Sequence record: DRR723986_5535
Reading direction: 5' to 3' (one strand)
DNA length: 37,055 nucleotides
The position numbers and the translations under genes are program-made. Every line of letters starts with the position of its first letter. Positions within the stretch are counted from its first letter, which is position 1. A model generated the notes under the pieces. That model worked only from the letters and a program-made list of their open reading frames with translations. It ran no database searches and was not told the DNA's origin. Of this stretch, positions 33,939 through 37,055 are shown one piece after another.

Positions 33939-34403
33939 TTAGATGCTGGCGCGCAGCATCCAGGCAGTTTTCTCGGCGATCGTGGCCCGCTGGGTCATCA
34001 GGTCGACCGTGACAGCATCACCCACTTTCTCGGCAGCCTCGATCCCTTGCTTGGCTGCGCGGCTGATTGCCTCGTGCCCCTTGGCCAGGTTAGCGACCAT
34101 TTCATCGGCGTCCGGGATGCCATTGTCAGGCTTGATGCTGGCGAGATCTGTCATTTCACCGGGCGAGCCCGGGGCGAAATGGCCAAGGGCGCGGATGCGT
34201 TCGGCGATCTCGTCGAGCGCGGCCCAGAGCTCGTTGTATTGCAGTTCAAACATGGTGTGCAGGGCGTTGAAGCGCGGCCCGGTCACGTTCCAGTGGTAGC
34301 TATGGGTCTTGGCATAGAGTGCATAGGTCTCGCCCAGCAGCTTCTTCAGTGCCTCTACGGATTGGGCCCGTTGGTCTTCCGTCAGTCCGATGTCGATAGG
34401 CAT
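33939..34403 (-). CDS. dps: Dps family DNA starvation/stationary phase protection protein
   Basis: KTHSYHWNVTGPRFNALHTMFE, DEIAERIRALG, EKTAWML; AAGGAG SD before ATG 34403. Confidence 0.95.
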   Translation of the reverse strand: MPIDIGLTEDQRAQSVEALKKLLGETYALYAKTHSYHWNVTGPRFNALHTMFELQYNELWAALDEIAERIRALGHFAPGSPGEMTDLASIKPDNGIPDADEMVANLAKGHEAISRAAKQGIEAAEKVGDAVTVDLMTQRATIAEKTAWMLRASI

Positions 34404-34459
34404 GAAATCTCTCCTTCTGGTTACTCCAACTATATGGGGATTTGCTGCTGTTGCAGCCA

Positions 34460-35827
<1,368 letters not shown>

Positions 35828-35954
35828 TTAACGAAGCGTGGTGCGGGCCGGCGCGATTTCCTGGCCCGCAGCGTACGATATTTAAAGATTATGTGAGATC
35901 CTGCCCGCCGGTTGAGGGAGCTTTCTTTTCCTGTGGCAGGGGAGGAGAGGTGTC

Positions 35955-36284
35955 ATGAGAATGGCGAACATGCCGAACGCGTACGAGAAGATCGAACGCG
36001 ACCTCGGCAGACTGATCGACGAAGCAGCCAGAGACGTCCAGATCTGGTTTGAGCGGCTTTCCGACATGGAACGCCTGATGGGGCTTTGCGGCTTCATCCT
36101 GATATTGTTCTGTCTGGTCATCGCGAAATCGGCGACCCGGGCGGCAGATCCCGGCACCAGCCGCAGCTTTGCCGGCTCGTTCACACTGGTCGTGGTGTTC
36201 AGCTTCCTGGCAGGCATGCTGATCGACAGTCCGTTCGATCCGCGCAACTTCGTGAACGAAGACTTCATCCGCCGCATCCTCTAA
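35955..36284 (+). CDS. Small hypothetical membrane protein (2 TM)
   Basis: Strong GGAGGAGAGG SD; two hydrophobic segments. Confidence 0.7.
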   Translation: MRMANMPNAYEKIERDLGRLIDEAARDVQIWFERLSDMERLMGLCGFILILFCLVIAKSATRAADPGTSRSFAGSFTLVVVFSFLAGMLIDSPFDPRNFVNEDFIRRIL

Positions 36285-36323
36285 AGCTCGCATAACGGCG
36301 CCAGCTCGCCTATTTTGCGGTTC

Positions 36324-37055
36324 ATGGAGACTGAATCGCCAGGCGCAGCCCCTTTGCGGGGTGTTGACGTCATCAAGGACAATCTGACCCGCCTGCCGGC
36401 CAAGCCCGGTGTCTACCGCATGTACGGGGACGCCGACGAAGTGCTGTATGTCGGCAAGGCGCGGAACCTGAAGGCGCGTGTCTCAAACTATGCCCGCCTT
36501 GGCGGCCATACGCAGCGGATCGCGCGGATGATCGCGCTGACCAAGCGGATGGAATTCGTCGTTACCGAAAGCGAGACCGAGGCGCTGCTGCTGGAGGCGA
36601 GCCTCATCAAGAGCCTGAAGCCGCGCTTCAACGTGCTGCTGCGGGACGACAAATCCTTCCCCTACATCCTGATCCGGCGGGATCATGAGGCGCCGCAGAT
36701 CAAGAAGTATCGCGGCTCGAAGCAGGACCAGGGCGATTATTTCGGCCCGTTCGCCAGTGCCGGGGCGGTGATGCGCACGCTGGACACGCTGCAGAAGGCC
36801 TTCCTGCTGCGCACCTGCGAGGACAGTGTCTACAATGCCCGCACGCGGCCTTGCATGCTGCACCAGATCAAGCGCTGCGCCGCGCCCTGCGTGGGCCTGA
36901 TCTCCATTCCCGACTATCAGGAGCTGGCCGACGAGGCGGCAGACTTCCTGCGCGGGAAGGGCGCGGACCTGCAGAAACGCCTCGCCAGGGAAATGGAAGA
37001 GGCCGCCGAGGCGATGGACTTCGAGCGCGCCGCCGCCCTGCGCGACCGCATCCGC
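36324..37055 (+). CDS. uvrC: Excinuclease ABC subunit C (3' end outside window; missing from the ORF track)
   Basis: Own translation: METESPG...[11 protein letters not shown]...[17 protein letters not shown] (GIY-YIG), [59 protein letters not shown]. Confidence 0.97.
   Translation, partial: METESPGAAPLRGVDVIKDNLTRLPAKPGVYRMYGDADEVLYVGKARNLKARVSNYARLGGHTQRIARMIALTKRMEFVVTESETEALLLEASLIKSLKPRFNVLLRDDKSFPYILIRRDHEAPQIKKYRGSKQDQGDYFGPFASAGAVMRTLDTLQKAFLLRTCEDSVYNARTRPCMLHQIKRCAAPCVGLISIPDYQELADEAADFLRGKGADLQKRLAREMEEAAEAMDFERAAALRDRIR

Noticed and set aside
36483-36863. 126-aa minus-strand ORF from the track
   Set aside because: Antisense to uvrC, which the track omits because it runs off the window.

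Overview
GC-rich alphaproteobacterial chromosomal window; a Hyphomonas/Caulobacterales-like source is inferred from gene content, not verified. It runs from the 3' part of putA to the 5' part of uvrC and holds about 39 genes. These include an acyl-CoA/ester-metabolism neighbourhood (two PaaI thioesterases, FMO, TetR, esterase, two MDR reductases, type I pantothenate kinase, dienoyl-CoA-reductase-like SDR) and tandem mscS genes, one with an in-frame TAG at codon 9. Also present are HU with a Lys/Ala/Pro-rich N-terminal tail, all four genes of the ligase-associated DNA-damage module (ATP-dependent ligase, MBL exonuclease, Lhr-core helicase, PdeM) separated by unrelated genes, a PLP decarboxylase, an LsrB/VtlR-like LysR, an SSS transporter, dps and an aspartate aminotransferase. 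The most notable signals lie outside the ORF track: (1) an IS110-family remnant whose structured left end (candidate bridge RNA) and first ~28 transposase codons are fused in frame to the C-terminal half of an S24/LexA-like domain; (2) a two-copy intergenic element (G7-ATA plus 4-5 phased ACRAT units) directly after stop codons; (3) a suhB/alpha-r8 (MmgR-like) sRNA with a palindromic operator behind the LysR gene; (4) an OxyR-type site upstream of dps. No rRNA, tRNA or CRISPR array was seen. All family calls are by-eye motif recognition; no database search was run.
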